DNA of 64,000 nt. Origin: a virus. A program made the position numbers and the translations under genes. Where the stretch lies: positions 32,001 to 96,000 of the IMG/VR virus record IMGVR_UViG_3300036846_000555; one strand, written 5' to 3'. How positions within the stretch are numbered: the first letter of the stretch is position 1; every line of letters starts with the position of its first letter. Positions 30,032-39,614 of the stretch are shown here, piece after piece. The notes under the pieces are model-generated. The model had not been told where the DNA came from. It saw only the letters and a list, made by a program, of their open reading frames with translations, and ran no database searches.

Positions 30032-31150
30032 ATGGCGGTCTCCGATCCACTCGCGGTCTTCTCCTCCGGCGTCATGACGACGGTCGCCCTGAGCGAGGAC
30101 ACTCCGGCTGATCTGCTCGGCGAGGTGCCGCCGTTTGAGCGCACGGCCTACGAGGTCCAGGCGGTGCTGCAGGTCGTCGCCAACGAGCTGTTCCGGCTGG
30201 AGCAGGCGCGCCAGGCGGTGATCCTGAACTTCCTGCCCAGCACCGCCGACGCGCTGCTGCCGATGTTCGAACAGCTCCTCGGCCTGCCGGTCGACCCGCC
30301 CGGGCTGACGCTCGCGTCCCGCCAGCAGCTCGTGCTCGCAACCATGCGGCGCCTGAAAGGCCAGGGTCGCGGCCTGGACTGGGAGGCGACCATCACCGCG
30401 CTGTTCGGGACGAGCTGGTCCTATCAGGAGTACAACCCGGCAGCGACCGTCACCGCGAACTTCGTACCGAACCCGTCGTTTGAGAAGGACACGGTCGGAA
30501 GCGCACCGGCGGTGTGGGCTTCGCGCGTCAACTTCAACAGCGCTGGCGGGGCGTTGACGTGCCAGGCGCAGGCCCAGGCGGGGTCGAAAGGCATGCAGGT
30601 CGTCGCCCCTAGCGGCGGCGCGGTCGGTGCGGAGGTCCCGCTCTCTGGCACGTTCACCAGTGGCGAGCCGTACACGTTCTCGGTCTGGTTGAAGGGCAAT
30701 GCCGGTGGGGAGCGCGTTGTCCTCCTGTTCGGCAGTGCGTCCGACGTGGTTCAGGGCGCGAACCTCACGCTGACCACCACGTGGACGCGGTATTCGGTCA
30801 CCTGGACGCCGACCGCGAACCGCACGGGTGTCTCGGCCGGTTTCCAGACGACCACGTCATCCGCCGTGACTGTGTTTGCGGACAGTGCGATGGTGTCGCA
30901 GGCGGCTGCGATGGGTCCGTACGTCGATGGGGACACGTCCGGCTACTCGTGGGCGGGTACGCCGGGGCAGAGCGCGACCATGCAGGCGAGTGGACCGCCC
31001 CCGAACACGGTCTCGATCCGGATCCCGCAGGCGTACGGCGGCTTTGGCTGGCCGTTCATCCGCGACCTCACGCCCGCGCACCTCGCGATCACCGAGGGCT
31101 ACTCCGACGGCTTCTTCGTCGGCATCACGAACATCGGAGGCACTCTGTGA
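30032..31150 (+). CDS. Baseplate protein (tail protein I/XkdU-like) with CBM4/9-like insertion
   Basis: FLPSTADALLPMFEQLLGLP motif; inserted NFVPNPSFE...YTFSVWLKG...TTTWTRYSVT domain. Confidence 0.7.
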   Translation: MAVSDPLAVFSSGVMTTVALSEDTPADLLGEVPPFERTAYEVQAVLQVVANELFRLEQARQAVILNFLPSTADALLPMFEQLLGLPVDPPGLTLASRQQLVLATMRRLKGQGRGLDWEATITALFGTSWSYQEYNPAATVTANFVPNPSFEKDTVGSAPAVWASRVNFNSAGGALTCQAQAQAGSKGMQVVAPSGGAVGAEVPLSGTFTSGEPYTFSVWLKGNAGGERVVLLFGSASDVVQGANLTLTTTWTRYSVTWTPTANRTGVSAGFQTTTSSAVTVFADSAMVSQAAAMGPYVDGDTSGYSWAGTPGQSATMQASGPPPNTVSIRIPQAYGGFGWPFIRDLTPAHLAITEGYSDGFFVGITNIGGTL

Positions 31151-32301
31151 GCAAGCACCGGCAGCTCAACTACGGCCAGCCGATTCCCCAGGACTTCCTG
31201 GACGCGCTCCAGGAGTTCGTCGGCGTCGGCAGCCGCAACCTGTTCCTGACGCAGATCGGCTCCAACCAGGTCCAGATTGCCGCGGGCGTCGGGAACGCGC
31301 AGGTGTCGCTCGGGATCGACGGCCTGTGGCGCTACATCTCAGCGACCGTCCAGACGACCGTCACCGGCGCGGCCGGGACGTACAGCATCTTCGCGACCAC
31401 CGGCAACAACGCGTTCGCGACCAACCCGACGCCGCCGCCGCCCGAGACCGACTCGACCGACTACACGTTCGCGCTGACCGCGCTGCTGACCGGCAACCCC
31501 ACGGCCGCGCACTACCGCAAGATCGGCGAGGCGGTCTTCGACGGGACGCGCATCCTGAACCTCCGCCAGCTCATCGACGGCGGCGTCGACGGCGCGCAGC
31601 TCTGGCAGCCGGGCGACCTCAAGCTGACCGCCGTGGCGGCCCCGCCCGCTGGATGGCTCGCCTGCGACGGCTCCGCAGTCAGCCGCACCACCTACCCGGC
31701 GCTGTTCGCGGCCCTCGGTGGCGCGACGTCGCCGTGGGGGCAGGGCGACGGATCGACCACGTTCAACGTCCCGGACTTCCGCGGCCGCGTCCCGATCGGG
31801 GCAGGGCAGGGCGCGGGCCTGACCAACCGCGTCCGCGGCGAGTACGGCGGCGGGACGCTCGACACGGCCAGCCCCAAGCGCGGCGAAGAGGCTCACCTGC
31901 TCGCCGCGGCCGAGTCGGGCACCAACGGCAACGGCGGCACCGGCTACGTCTCCAACGACCACTCGCACGGCGTCAGCATCCAAAGCGGCGGCGCGAGCGC
32001 CCGGCACAATCACGCCACGGTTGACACCGGTCAGTTGGTACCAGCATCGAACAACTGGGTGTTCGCCGCTAACAACATGGCCATCACCGCTGGCTCGTAC
32101 CCGTTGATCTACCCGGACCGTGCCAGCACCCAGAACCGCAACACGACCGGCGCGGACAGCCCGGACCATTCGCATGGCGTCAACGGCAACACCGCCGGGA
32201 TCAGCTCCAACCACACGCACGCGCTCGGCGCCCGCAACGCCGACAGCTCGCACAACAACGTCCAGCCGTACGCTGCCGCGATCTACATCGTCAAGACGTA
32301 G
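31147..32301 (+). CDS. Side tail fibre with tail-collar domain
   Basis: GTG 31147; PGDLKL...PAGWLACDGSAVSRTTYPALF...FNVPDFRGRVPIG; HxH repeats. Confidence 0.8.
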   Translation: MSKHRQLNYGQPIPQDFLDALQEFVGVGSRNLFLTQIGSNQVQIAAGVGNAQVSLGIDGLWRYISATVQTTVTGAAGTYSIFATTGNNAFATNPTPPPPETDSTDYTFALTALLTGNPTAAHYRKIGEAVFDGTRILNLRQLIDGGVDGAQLWQPGDLKLTAVAAPPAGWLACDGSAVSRTTYPALFAALGGATSPWGQGDGSTTFNVPDFRGRVPIGAGQGAGLTNRVRGEYGGGTLDTASPKRGEEAHLLAAAESGTNGNGGTGYVSNDHSHGVSIQSGGASARHNHATVDTGQLVPASNNWVFAANNMAITAGSYPLIYPDRASTQNRNTTGADSPDHSHGVNGNTAGISSNHTHALGARNADSSHNNVQPYAAAIYIVKT

Positions 32302-32382
32302 CACCCGTCGTGTATCCTGCGAGGCGCGAGGCACGCGAACGACCCTCACTCCTCGGTCGGGATGACTCGCTCGCGCGCTCGC

Positions 32383-32415
32383 AGAAACGGCCGCCCCGCA
32401 GAGGCGGCCGTTTCT
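32383..32415. terminator. Bidirectional intrinsic terminator
   Basis: AGAAACGGCCGCC-loop-GGCGGCCGTTTCT between convergent late and recombination genes. Confidence 0.85.
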
Positions 32416-32456
32416 TGTTCCCGGGCTCCCAGGTAGGGAGAGGGGCCCGGAAGGGC

Positions 32457-33395
32457 TCAGGCGGGCCGTGTGGGGCTCTCAGGAGCTTCCTCGATGGCCT
32501 CGCCCTCGATGGGAAGCGACCCGCCGTGACGCAGCACGAAGTCGGTGACCTCCTGCAGGATCGCGGTCCGCTGCGCCTGGTCGGCTCCGGCGAGCTTGAG
32601 CCGCACCTTCTGGGGCAGGAAGCTGCCCGGCCGCAGCCGGTTGGCTTCCGTGAACGCGTCCTGCAGGCGCCGTCCGAGCGCCTCGTCGGGACCCCAGTCG
32701 GGCTCCTGATCGACCGGCCGATCCTGCTCGACGATCCCGCCGACCCGCTCGTCGTAGTGGGCGCCGACCTCGTCCTCGGGGATCAGGCCGGTGATCGAGA
32801 ACGCCTTGCGCAGCGCCATCGACTCCGCGACCTTCAGGATCATCGCGTCCGGGTAGTTCGTCCACGCCTTGTTGCTGCGCTTGTAGCTCGCGTACTTGGC
32901 CAGGAAGAACGTCGGCTTGCGCCCGTCGCGGAACACGCGCGCCCATGAGCCGACGATGTTGGACGTCAGCCGTTCCATCGCCGCCACCGGCGCGTAGGTG
33001 TGGATGAAGCCGTCAGCGCCGCGGGCGATGACGTCCTGGGCGTAGATGACGTCGCCCTCCATGCCGCCGAACGCGTCGTTGCGGTTGGCGATGGCCAGCA
33101 GCCCGTCGCGGGCGACGATCGTCTGATAGCTCGGCGGTTCGCCGTCCTTGCCCGGCATCTTGGCCAGGTACACCTGCTTGGCGAACGGGTCGAGCTGGTA
33201 GCGCCCGACCAGCTCCAGGAACATCAGGAACGCGTTGTCGTCCGCGCCGCGAGCGACGGTCCGTTTCATCAGGGCGAGCTGCTCGTTATCGAACGCGAAC
33301 CGCGCCGGGTGCGTCACCGGCGTCGGCATCGCCCTGACCGGCATCAGCTTGCTTCCCGGCGTCTCTGCCTCTGGCTTTACCTCGGTCTCAGCCAT
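32457..33395 (-). CDS. recT: RecT/Red-beta family ssDNA annealing protein
   Basis: LDPFAKQVY...TIVARDGLLAIA...W..YPDAMILKVAESMALRKAF. Confidence 0.85.
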   Translation of the reverse strand: MAETEVKPEAETPGSKLMPVRAMPTPVTHPARFAFDNEQLALMKRTVARGADDNAFLMFLELVGRYQLDPFAKQVYLAKMPGKDGEPPSYQTIVARDGLLAIANRNDAFGGMEGDVIYAQDVIARGADGFIHTYAPVAAMERLTSNIVGSWARVFRDGRKPTFFLAKYASYKRSNKAWTNYPDAMILKVAESMALRKAFSITGLIPEDEVGAHYDERVGGIVEQDRPVDQEPDWGPDEALGRRLQDAFTEANRLRPGSFLPQKVRLKLAGADQAQRTAILQEVTDFVLRHGGSLPIEGEAIEEAPESPTRPA

Positions 33396-34593
33396 CTCGT
33401 CTCCTCTGTTCGGCCAGCTCCAGGGAGCGGCGGAGCTGCTCCTCCAGTTCGGGCTCTGGTTCCATCTGCGGCTTCGGGATGTGGATGTCAAAGCGCGTGC
33501 CGACCTCATCCCGATACAGATCCTCCGGTGACCGGCCCGCCGCCAGCGCGTTGGTGGTCTCTTCCCGCGTCGGCCGCCGCGTACGCACCTGGACGCGGTG
33601 GCCGTACACCCGGTTGGCTTTCGCGTCGCGGACCGGCACCGGCCCATGTACCGCCGCCCACGCCTTCAGCGCCTCCTTGTTCTGCGCGATCGCCTTCTCG
33701 CCGACGAGCACCTGCGCGACCGCCAGCGCCGCCTCCTCCGCTGACCGGATCGCGCCGCGGCGCCGCGCCTTGGGGAAGATCGGGCACGCCATCGGCCGGG
33801 GGCAGTGACCGCAATGGTTGCCGGGGCTCGGATGCCACACGTCCTCCTGCACCGACCGGTCAAACCGTTCGACCAGCGCCGTCATGCTCTCCTCGATCTC
33901 GGGGAGCTGCTCGCGGTACAGCGTCGCCTCCCGCGGCTGCGAGTACCGCGGGTAGAACTCCCGGAGCGTGATCGACGTGAACGTCGGATGGTTGCGGAAG
34001 CACAGCAGCGCGTACGCCCGCTGCTGAAAGAACCCGCCCTCGGAGATCTCCGACGGCGGCGGCAGCCACCAACCCGTCTTCCAGTCGATGACGATCCCGC
34101 GCTCCAGGTTCTCGCCCTCCGCGAACAGCGCGTCGAGCTGCCCGGAGAAGATTCGCTCGACCGACCCGCCCTCCGGGTTGGGGTAGTACAGCGTCGCCGC
34201 CAGGCGCTCCTCGACCGACACCAGCCCGGCGATGTTCCAGGAGTTCTCCGAGCAGAACTTTTTGGTCATCCAGATCAGGTCGTTGATCTCCTTCATCGGG
34301 CAGGTGACCATGTCCTCGATCGGCACGTCGGCCTGCCGCAGCGTCTCCAGCAGGATCGCCAGGCCGACGTCGACCTCGATCCGCTCCTCCTCCTGCGCGG
34401 CCATCTCGCGCAGCATCTTCGCCGCGGCGCGATGCCAGATGATCCCGCGTCCGGCCGCGGAGTCAGACCACGTCTTGCGGTAGCGGCGTTCGAACAGGCT
34501 GCCCAGCCCGCACTCATCGAAGGCGGAGAGAGTGCTCTGACGGACGCTGGGGAACTCCTCCAGCGCCTTGGGATACGGCGTGCGCGCGATCAT
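33388..34593 (-). CDS. PD-(D/E)XK exonuclease (RecB/Cas4-like, Cys cluster)
   Basis: SGQLDAL...IVIDWKTG...QQRAYA; C-terminal CxxCxxxxxC; paired with RecT. Confidence 0.85.
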   Translation of the reverse strand: MIARTPYPKALEEFPSVRQSTLSAFDECGLGSLFERRYRKTWSDSAAGRGIIWHRAAAKMLREMAAQEEERIEVDVGLAILLETLRQADVPIEDMVTCPMKEINDLIWMTKKFCSENSWNIAGLVSVEERLAATLYYPNPEGGSVERIFSGQLDALFAEGENLERGIVIDWKTGWWLPPPSEISEGGFFQQRAYALLCFRNHPTFTSITLREFYPRYSQPREATLYREQLPEIEESMTALVERFDRSVQEDVWHPSPGNHCGHCPRPMACPIFPKARRRGAIRSAEEAALAVAQVLVGEKAIAQNKEALKAWAAVHGPVPVRDAKANRVYGHRVQVRTRRPTREETTNALAAGRSPEDLYRDEVGTRFDIHIPKPQMEPEPELEEQLRRSLELAEQRRRDG

Positions 34594-34724
34594 GCGCGGG
34601 GTCCTCCTCGGTCGGTTCAGACCATCGTGTCAGGCAGCTCGGACATCATCCCAATCGAAGTACCGACGCGTCGCGTCCGAGGCGTATCGTGGCCTCCTGT
34701 GTCCCGACCGCACCCGCCCGCTCC

Positions 34725-35321
34725 ATGACCGAAACCGCCGCGCGGGCTCGGGCCTGGCATCGGCAGGTAGTCGGTCGTCCGCCTAAGCAATGCCCGGCCT
34801 GCAAGGCCCGGCTGGCCAAGCATGGCCACCACGTGATCACCCGCGAGCGGCTGCGCCAGGTCGAGCGCAACCGGCATCTTGCGCCCGGGACGCTGATCTG
34901 GGATCCGCGCTCCGGGATCGGCCTGTGCGAGCGATGCCACACGCGGCACACCGACGCGTTCCACCGCGTGCCGCGGTCGCTGCTCACCGCGGAGAACTGG
35001 GCGTTCATCAACGAGCTGGACCTTGACTGGTGGATCGCCCGCTACTACCCGGCGTCCCCGGCGGGACACACCCCACTCCACTCAGACCCCGAAGGAGACC
35101 GCAATGGCACGGCAGAACAGCAACGGCCAAGTCGTGGACGAGCAGGGCGAGCACGAGTCGCTGGACGACATGGACGCCCCGACGGTGCTCGGCTCAGCGC
35201 TCACGGGCACGGTCGAGCAGCTCAGCTTCGACCTCGGGTCGGAGTGGGATCTGTCGGACTCGACGCTGAAGCTGGCGCCGGTGCCGCCGCTGGCGGTGGA
35301 GGGACAGTTCTCGGAGGGTGA
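34725..35321 (+). CDS. HNH-like small nuclease (C-terminal part is probably read-through overlap)
   Basis: CPAC...HGHHVI...LCERCHTRH. Confidence 0.55.
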   Translation: MTETAARARAWHRQVVGRPPKQCPACKARLAKHGHHVITRERLRQVERNRHLAPGTLIWDPRSGIGLCERCHTRHTDAFHRVPRSLLTAENWAFINELDLDWWIARYYPASPAGHTPLHSDPEGDRNGTAEQQRPSRGRAGRARVAGRHGRPDGARLSAHGHGRAAQLRPRVGVGSVGLDAEAGAGAAAGGGGTVLGG

Positions 35322-35454
35322 CCGGGTCCGGGTCGTGCTGGAGATCGAGGTCGAGTACGTCGCCTTCCCGCCGATCAAGGACAAGGGGTTCCGGGTCGGC
35401 ACCGAGCGCCGACATTTCGGGCAGGTGCTGTCCGCGTCGCATCTGACGGACTAG
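35104..35454 (+). CDS. Hypothetical protein
   Basis: RBS AAGGAG, 116 aa. Confidence 0.65.
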   Translation: MARQNSNGQVVDEQGEHESLDDMDAPTVLGSALTGTVEQLSFDLGSEWDLSDSTLKLAPVPPLAVEGQFSEGDRVRVVLEIEVEYVAFPPIKDKGFRVGTERRHFGQVLSASHLTD

Positions 35455-35526
35455 CCCGCAAACTGCGGGATCTTTCAGGTTGTGGGCGCCCGGGGGCGGG
35501 TGTAACGTGAATGGTCTACCGGCCAA

Positions 35527-35543
35527 AGCGCATGATGTGTGCT
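35527..35543 (+). promoter_or_regulatory. 17-bp operator-like palindrome upstream of primase-helicase
   Basis: AGCGCATGATGTGTGCT; no adjoining -10. Confidence 0.55.
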
Positions 35544-35592
35544 CGGCTGCCTTGTTCGCGTGGAACGGGCCCGGCGGGCCCCTGGAGGTCTG

Positions 35593-37437
35593 ATGCCGTC
35601 TGAAGCCGTCACCAAGGTGCTGTCGCGTCTCTGGGCGCTGGACTGCGACGCGAAGGGCTCGGAGCAGCATGGGTGGAACGCCAAGTGCCCGGCGCACGAG
35701 GACCGCAGCCCGAGCCTGAAGCTCGACCAGGGCAACGACGGCCGCGCGCTGATCTTCTGCCACGCCGGATGCACCCTGGAGGCGCTGACGGCCGCGATGG
35801 GCCTGGAGATGGGCGAGCTGTTCGAAGCCGAGCCCGCGCCGATCCCCGAGCGCGTCGTCATCGAACGCTACGACTACGTCGACGAGAACGACACGCTGCT
35901 GTTCCAGGTCGAGCGGATGCGGCCCAAGGCGTTCCGCCAGCGCCGCCCCAACGGCCACGGCGGCTGGGAGTACCAGCTCGGCAACACTCGCCGCGTCCTG
36001 TACCGGCTGCCGAAGGTGATCGAGGCGGTCAACGCCGGGGAGATCATCTGCGTCGTCGAAGGCGAACGCGACGTCCACACCCTGGAGGGCAAGGGCAAGG
36101 TCGCGACGACGTGCCCCGGCGGCGCCGGGAAGTGGCGCGACCAGTACTCCGAGACGCTCCGCGGCGCGAAGGTCGCGATCATCCAGGACGCCGACCCGGT
36201 CGACCCGAAGACCGGCAAACGCCCCGGGCAGGACCACGCCCTGCAGGTCCGCGCGGCGCTGGACGGCGTCGCCGTCGCTGTCAAGGTGTTCCAGCCCGCG
36301 ATCGGCAAGGACGTCACCGACCACGTGAAGGGCGGCCTGCCGCTGTCCGAGCTGGTCGACGTCACCGACGGGGAGCCTGCTAGACCGAAGATGGAGGTGC
36401 TCACCGCGCGGGAGATCATGGCGCTGCCGGACCCCGACGAGGAGGGCTACCTGCTCGGGCCGCTGCTGTACAGAGGCCACCGGATCGTGATCGGCGGCTG
36501 GACCGGCCACGGAAAGACCACCTTCACGATGCACATGGTCGCCTGCGCGGTCGAGGGCCGCGAGTTCTTGCGCCCCAAGTGGAAGGGCCGCAAGGACCGC
36601 GAGATCAACGCGCTCGTCGTCGACGTCGAGCAGGGCACCCGCACCGTCAAACGCGTGCTGCGTGAGGTCGGCCTGGACCGCTCAGACCACGTCAAGTACC
36701 TGCGCGTGCCGGACGGGCTCGGGCTCGACTCAGACCAGGAGGCGATCACCTTCATGGAGAAGACGTTCGCCCAAGGCGGGTTCGACCTGGTGCTGTGCGA
36801 TCCGCTGTACAAGTGCCACCGCGGCGACCCCAACGACACCAGGGCCGCAGCGGAGCTGATGCGCCGGTTCGACGACTGGCGCGACCGCTACCAGTTCGCC
36901 CTGATTCTGCCCATGCACTGCCGCAAGCCGCAGAACCAGCACGGCGCCCCGAAGCTCAGCCCGCACGACTTGTTCGGAAGCAGTGCATACCAGTGGGGCG
37001 CCGAGATGTTGTTGGGGGTCGAGCGCAAGTCGCCGGGCATGACCTGGGTTCACTGGTGGAAGGACAGGGAGGGCGACGCCGCCGAGGACGGCGCGACCGT
37101 CGGCAACCACTGGCCCGTCCACTTCGACCGGAAGCGCGGCTTCCAGCGCTACGTCGAGGGCAACCAGGAGCGCCTACCCACGTTCGACGCCACACCCCGA
37201 TTCAGCCTGCGCGAGTACGTCTACCAGGCTGTTCGCGACCACGGACCGCAGACGTGCGCCCAGATCCGCGACAGCCTCTACCACCAGCGCAAGATCGGCT
37301 ACGCGCACTCCAAGATCTACGAGGCCCTGGATGAGCTTGGCGATCGCGGCATCGTCTGCCGCCAGCCCACCAAGCTGAAGAAGACCTGGACCTACGAGCT
37401 GCAGCCCGAACTCTTGAGCGAGACGGCGTGCCCCTGA
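35593..37437 (+). CDS. Primase-helicase (Zn-binding, TOPRIM, RepA/AAA_25-like ATPase)
   Basis: CPAHEDRSPSL...FCHAGC; VVEGERD...QDAD; GWTGHGKTT Walker A; LCDPL Walker B; LPMHCRK. Confidence 0.9.
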   Translation: MPSEAVTKVLSRLWALDCDAKGSEQHGWNAKCPAHEDRSPSLKLDQGNDGRALIFCHAGCTLEALTAAMGLEMGELFEAEPAPIPERVVIERYDYVDENDTLLFQVERMRPKAFRQRRPNGHGGWEYQLGNTRRVLYRLPKVIEAVNAGEIICVVEGERDVHTLEGKGKVATTCPGGAGKWRDQYSETLRGAKVAIIQDADPVDPKTGKRPGQDHALQVRAALDGVAVAVKVFQPAIGKDVTDHVKGGLPLSELVDVTDGEPARPKMEVLTAREIMALPDPDEEGYLLGPLLYRGHRIVIGGWTGHGKTTFTMHMVACAVEGREFLRPKWKGRKDREINALVVDVEQGTRTVKRVLREVGLDRSDHVKYLRVPDGLGLDSDQEAITFMEKTFAQGGFDLVLCDPLYKCHRGDPNDTRAAAELMRRFDDWRDRYQFALILPMHCRKPQNQHGAPKLSPHDLFGSSAYQWGAEMLLGVERKSPGMTWVHWWKDREGDAAEDGATVGNHWPVHFDRKRGFQRYVEGNQERLPTFDATPRFSLREYVYQAVRDHGPQTCAQIRDSLYHQRKIGYAHSKIYEALDELGDRGIVCRQPTKLKKTWTYELQPELLSETACP

Positions 37438-37442
37438 AATCC

Positions 37443-37470
37443 AAATGCGCCCCGTCGCCGGGGCGCATTT
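37443..37470 (+). terminator. Stem-loop after primase-helicase (terminator-like)
   Basis: AAATGCGCCCCG-TCGC-CGGGGCGCATTT, 12-bp stem. Confidence 0.65.
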
Positions 37471-37986
37471 AGCCTTCCCTCATGCCAGAAAGAAGAGGGG
37501 ACGCAGTGTAGACCGGGTCGCGGCAGATCGCGCGGAGTCGGACGCAGCGCACGCTGTTTGAAGTGAGCGCCGGGGCATCCGACAGGCCGATGACTGGAGC
37601 TGTGGCTAACCGCCACGCCCCTCTTCCTCGCCACCGCTCGCCGGTAGCCAGCCCGGCGGCAGAGTACGGGGAGGTTCGGCTCAAGGTCATCGCTCAGCCC
37701 CAGGCTTGACCACCGTCAGAGGGTGCTGCTCAGCCTGCCCGAAGCGCGGGGATCGCTCAAACTCATCCCGGCGGGGGGGACGACACGAGTCCGCCCTTCG
37801 GGCGGTAATCGACCGGGCTACCCGCCCGGACCCGGCTCCTCCCGGAGGGGGCAGGGTGCTCGATCGGGACCTTCGCCCGGGACACCGCGCGGCACCGCAT
37901 CTCCGCGCGGCCGGGCGAAAGCTCCCGATCTCCGCTCCCCTGACTTCTTCTACGCGGGTGGTCGAAAAGGGGAGGGGCCGGTTCGC
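37471..37986. ncRNA. Candidate structured non-coding element (ncRNA or replication origin)
   Basis: No convincing ORF; nested inverted repeats at 37862-37930, GAAGAGGGG/CCCCTCTTC pairing, C(TTCG)G hairpin near 37795. Confidence 0.35.
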
Positions 37987-38460
37987 TTAGTCGTTGAGCC
38001 GCCGCTTGAGTCGCTCGATGGCGGCTTTGGCGGCTTCGACTTCGCCGGGTTCGGCGTTCGCGGATGGGTCGAGGACGCGTTCCATCAGCTCGATCCGGCG
38101 TTGCAGCGGGCGGCGTTTGGCCATGCTGTTGAGCACGTCGTTGACGCTGTCGCGCAGGTATTCCAGCTCTTCGACGAACCGCTCCTCGTCGTACTCGTCG
38201 ATCACCTTCTCGACGGCGTTGTCGTAGGTGCTGGTGTAGGTAAGGTCGGCCGCGATCAGCTTCTCGATGTACCGGATCACCGCGATCAGGTCTTCGGTCT
38301 TGCGGTGGTACTGGTCGCGCAGGCCGGGCCGGTGGCGGTAGCTCGGCTTGATCGTCCAGCCGTACCACTGCTGGAACGCGGGCTGGGTATAGATCGACCC
38401 TTCGTTGACGTGGTACAGCTCGCCGTCGATGACGGACCGGACGTAGACCTTCTTGGGCAT
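37987..38460 (-). CDS. Hypothetical protein
   Basis: 157 aa; own TGC-TATCCT promoter and CCGACCGAGGAG leader. Confidence 0.75.
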   Translation of the reverse strand: MPKKVYVRSVIDGELYHVNEGSIYTQPAFQQWYGWTIKPSYRHRPGLRDQYHRKTEDLIAVIRYIEKLIAADLTYTSTYDNAVEKVIDEYDEERFVEELEYLRDSVNDVLNSMAKRRPLQRRIELMERVLDPSANAEPGEVEAAKAAIERLKRRLND

Positions 38461-38538
38461 TGGTGCTCCTCGGTCGGTTGCACCGCGCAGGATAGCGCAG
38501 GTTGGGTACCCTCCGACCCTGTGCTAGTCTTCTGCACC

Positions 38539-38715
38539 ATGGCAACTGTGACCATACGGTTTGAGACCCCCGAGGATCTCGGCCGCAAACGTGTTGAACG
38601 AGAGGTGGCGGACGCGGTGCAGGCCGTCAAGTGGGCTGCTCACGGTGGACCGCGAAGAGTGGTCGCCGACCCGGAGACCGTCACCTACACCATCGACTAC
38701 AAGCAGGAGGACTAA
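38539..38715 (+). CDS. Hypothetical protein
   Basis: 58 aa, after TGC-TAGTCT; coupled to next gene. Confidence 0.55.
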   Translation: MATVTIRFETPEDLGRKRVEREVADAVQAVKWAAHGGPRRVVADPETVTYTIDYKQED

Positions 38716-39593
38716 TGAGCAGGAGAACGTGGGAGGACAACGCCAAGGAGTTCGGTGCGCTGTCCAGGCAGGGCAAGGACATGCGACTGGCGGTGCTGGT
38801 CGCGTGCTCGGTAGAGAAGGGCGCAGGCCAAGGTGCCCGGCAACCTCTTTCCGATCGGAAAGAGGTTCGTGGCAAGGCCAGCGCGGCGGAGTTCGGTCGA
38901 GTGGGAACCACCACCGCACAACGCGTGCTGCGTCATCTCACCGCCTGGAACAAGCTGGCCCGCGAGGGGCTGGTCAAGGCGGCGGCGGAGCTGAAGCCGA
39001 ATGACGCCACGACCATCGAGGTCTCAGACGAGGCGATCGAGCGGTTCGACGAGGTGTTCGACGCCACCGATTCCGGTGGGCGCCCGCGCGCGAGCGTGGA
39101 GGAGATCAGCCGGGCGATCGTGACCAATCCGGAGTACGCCAAGAAGCTGGCACCGGCCATCGCCAAGGCGATGGAGACGCCGGAGGTGACGCAGGAGATC
39201 ACCACGCAGGCCAGCCAGCAGGCGCTTGGCAACGTTGACACCGCCGCCAGCACCGAGAGCTACCTGCGGCGCAGGAAGGCCGCGGCCGAGCACGAGCCGC
39301 CGGAGGATGCCGCGAGCCGCCAGCTCGGCGGGGTTGGCCCGGCGGCGCTCGCCGACAAGCTCCACAAGGAGACGATGGAGCCGCGGCTCGATCGGATCAT
39401 CAGCGCTTTCGACTTCGCTGCGATCCACTGGGGGCAGTACGGCTTCCGGCTGGCGCTGACCGACGTGGACGAGTTCGACGAGCTGGACGAGCGGCTCGCC
39501 CGGGTCGGCAAGTTGTACGCCGAGCTGATGGATCTCTACGACGCGGCCAAGGCGGCGAAGATCGCCAACGAGGCCGAGGGAGCGCGCCAGTGA
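38715..39593 (+). CDS. Hypothetical protein (possible DNA-binding)
   Basis: 292 aa, RBS AGGAGG, phage-like codon usage. Confidence 0.7.
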   Translation: MSRRTWEDNAKEFGALSRQGKDMRLAVLVACSVEKGAGQGARQPLSDRKEVRGKASAAEFGRVGTTTAQRVLRHLTAWNKLAREGLVKAAAELKPNDATTIEVSDEAIERFDEVFDATDSGGRPRASVEEISRAIVTNPEYAKKLAPAIAKAMETPEVTQEITTQASQQALGNVDTAASTESYLRRRKAAAEHEPPEDAASRQLGGVGPAALADKLHKETMEPRLDRIISAFDFAAIHWGQYGFRLALTDVDEFDELDERLARVGKLYAELMDLYDAAKAAKIANEAEGARQ

Positions 39594-39614
39594 CCCTCAA
39601 GGACAGGAGACGTC

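Noticed and set aside
5913-32301. Tailocin or extracellular contractile injection system
   Set aside because: Capsid, portal, terminase and replication genes are all present, so it is a phage tail.
31339-32349. Antisense ORF starting at the orphan CCGACCGAGGAG leader
   Set aside because: The GTG abuts the SD with no spacing, the ORF lies behind a terminator and is antisense to the fibre gene, and its composition is shadow-like.
33388-34593. Cas4 of a CRISPR system
   Set aside because: No cas1, cas2 or array; pairing with RecT indicates a Red-like recombination exonuclease.
37546-37552. Additional operator copy (AGCGCAC)
   Set aside because: Only a half-site; the right arm and -10 are absent.
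37790-37860. Twister ribozyme (TAA...CCGG...CCGG...GGAGGGGG words)
   Set aside because: The P2 helix and the conserved L2/L4 pseudoknot partners could not be placed; only isolated words match.
37723-38538. 5' part of ORF 37723..38715 as a real protein
   Set aside because: It overlaps the structured intergenic region and a convincing minus-strand gene; only the last 58 codons from ATG 38539 look coding.
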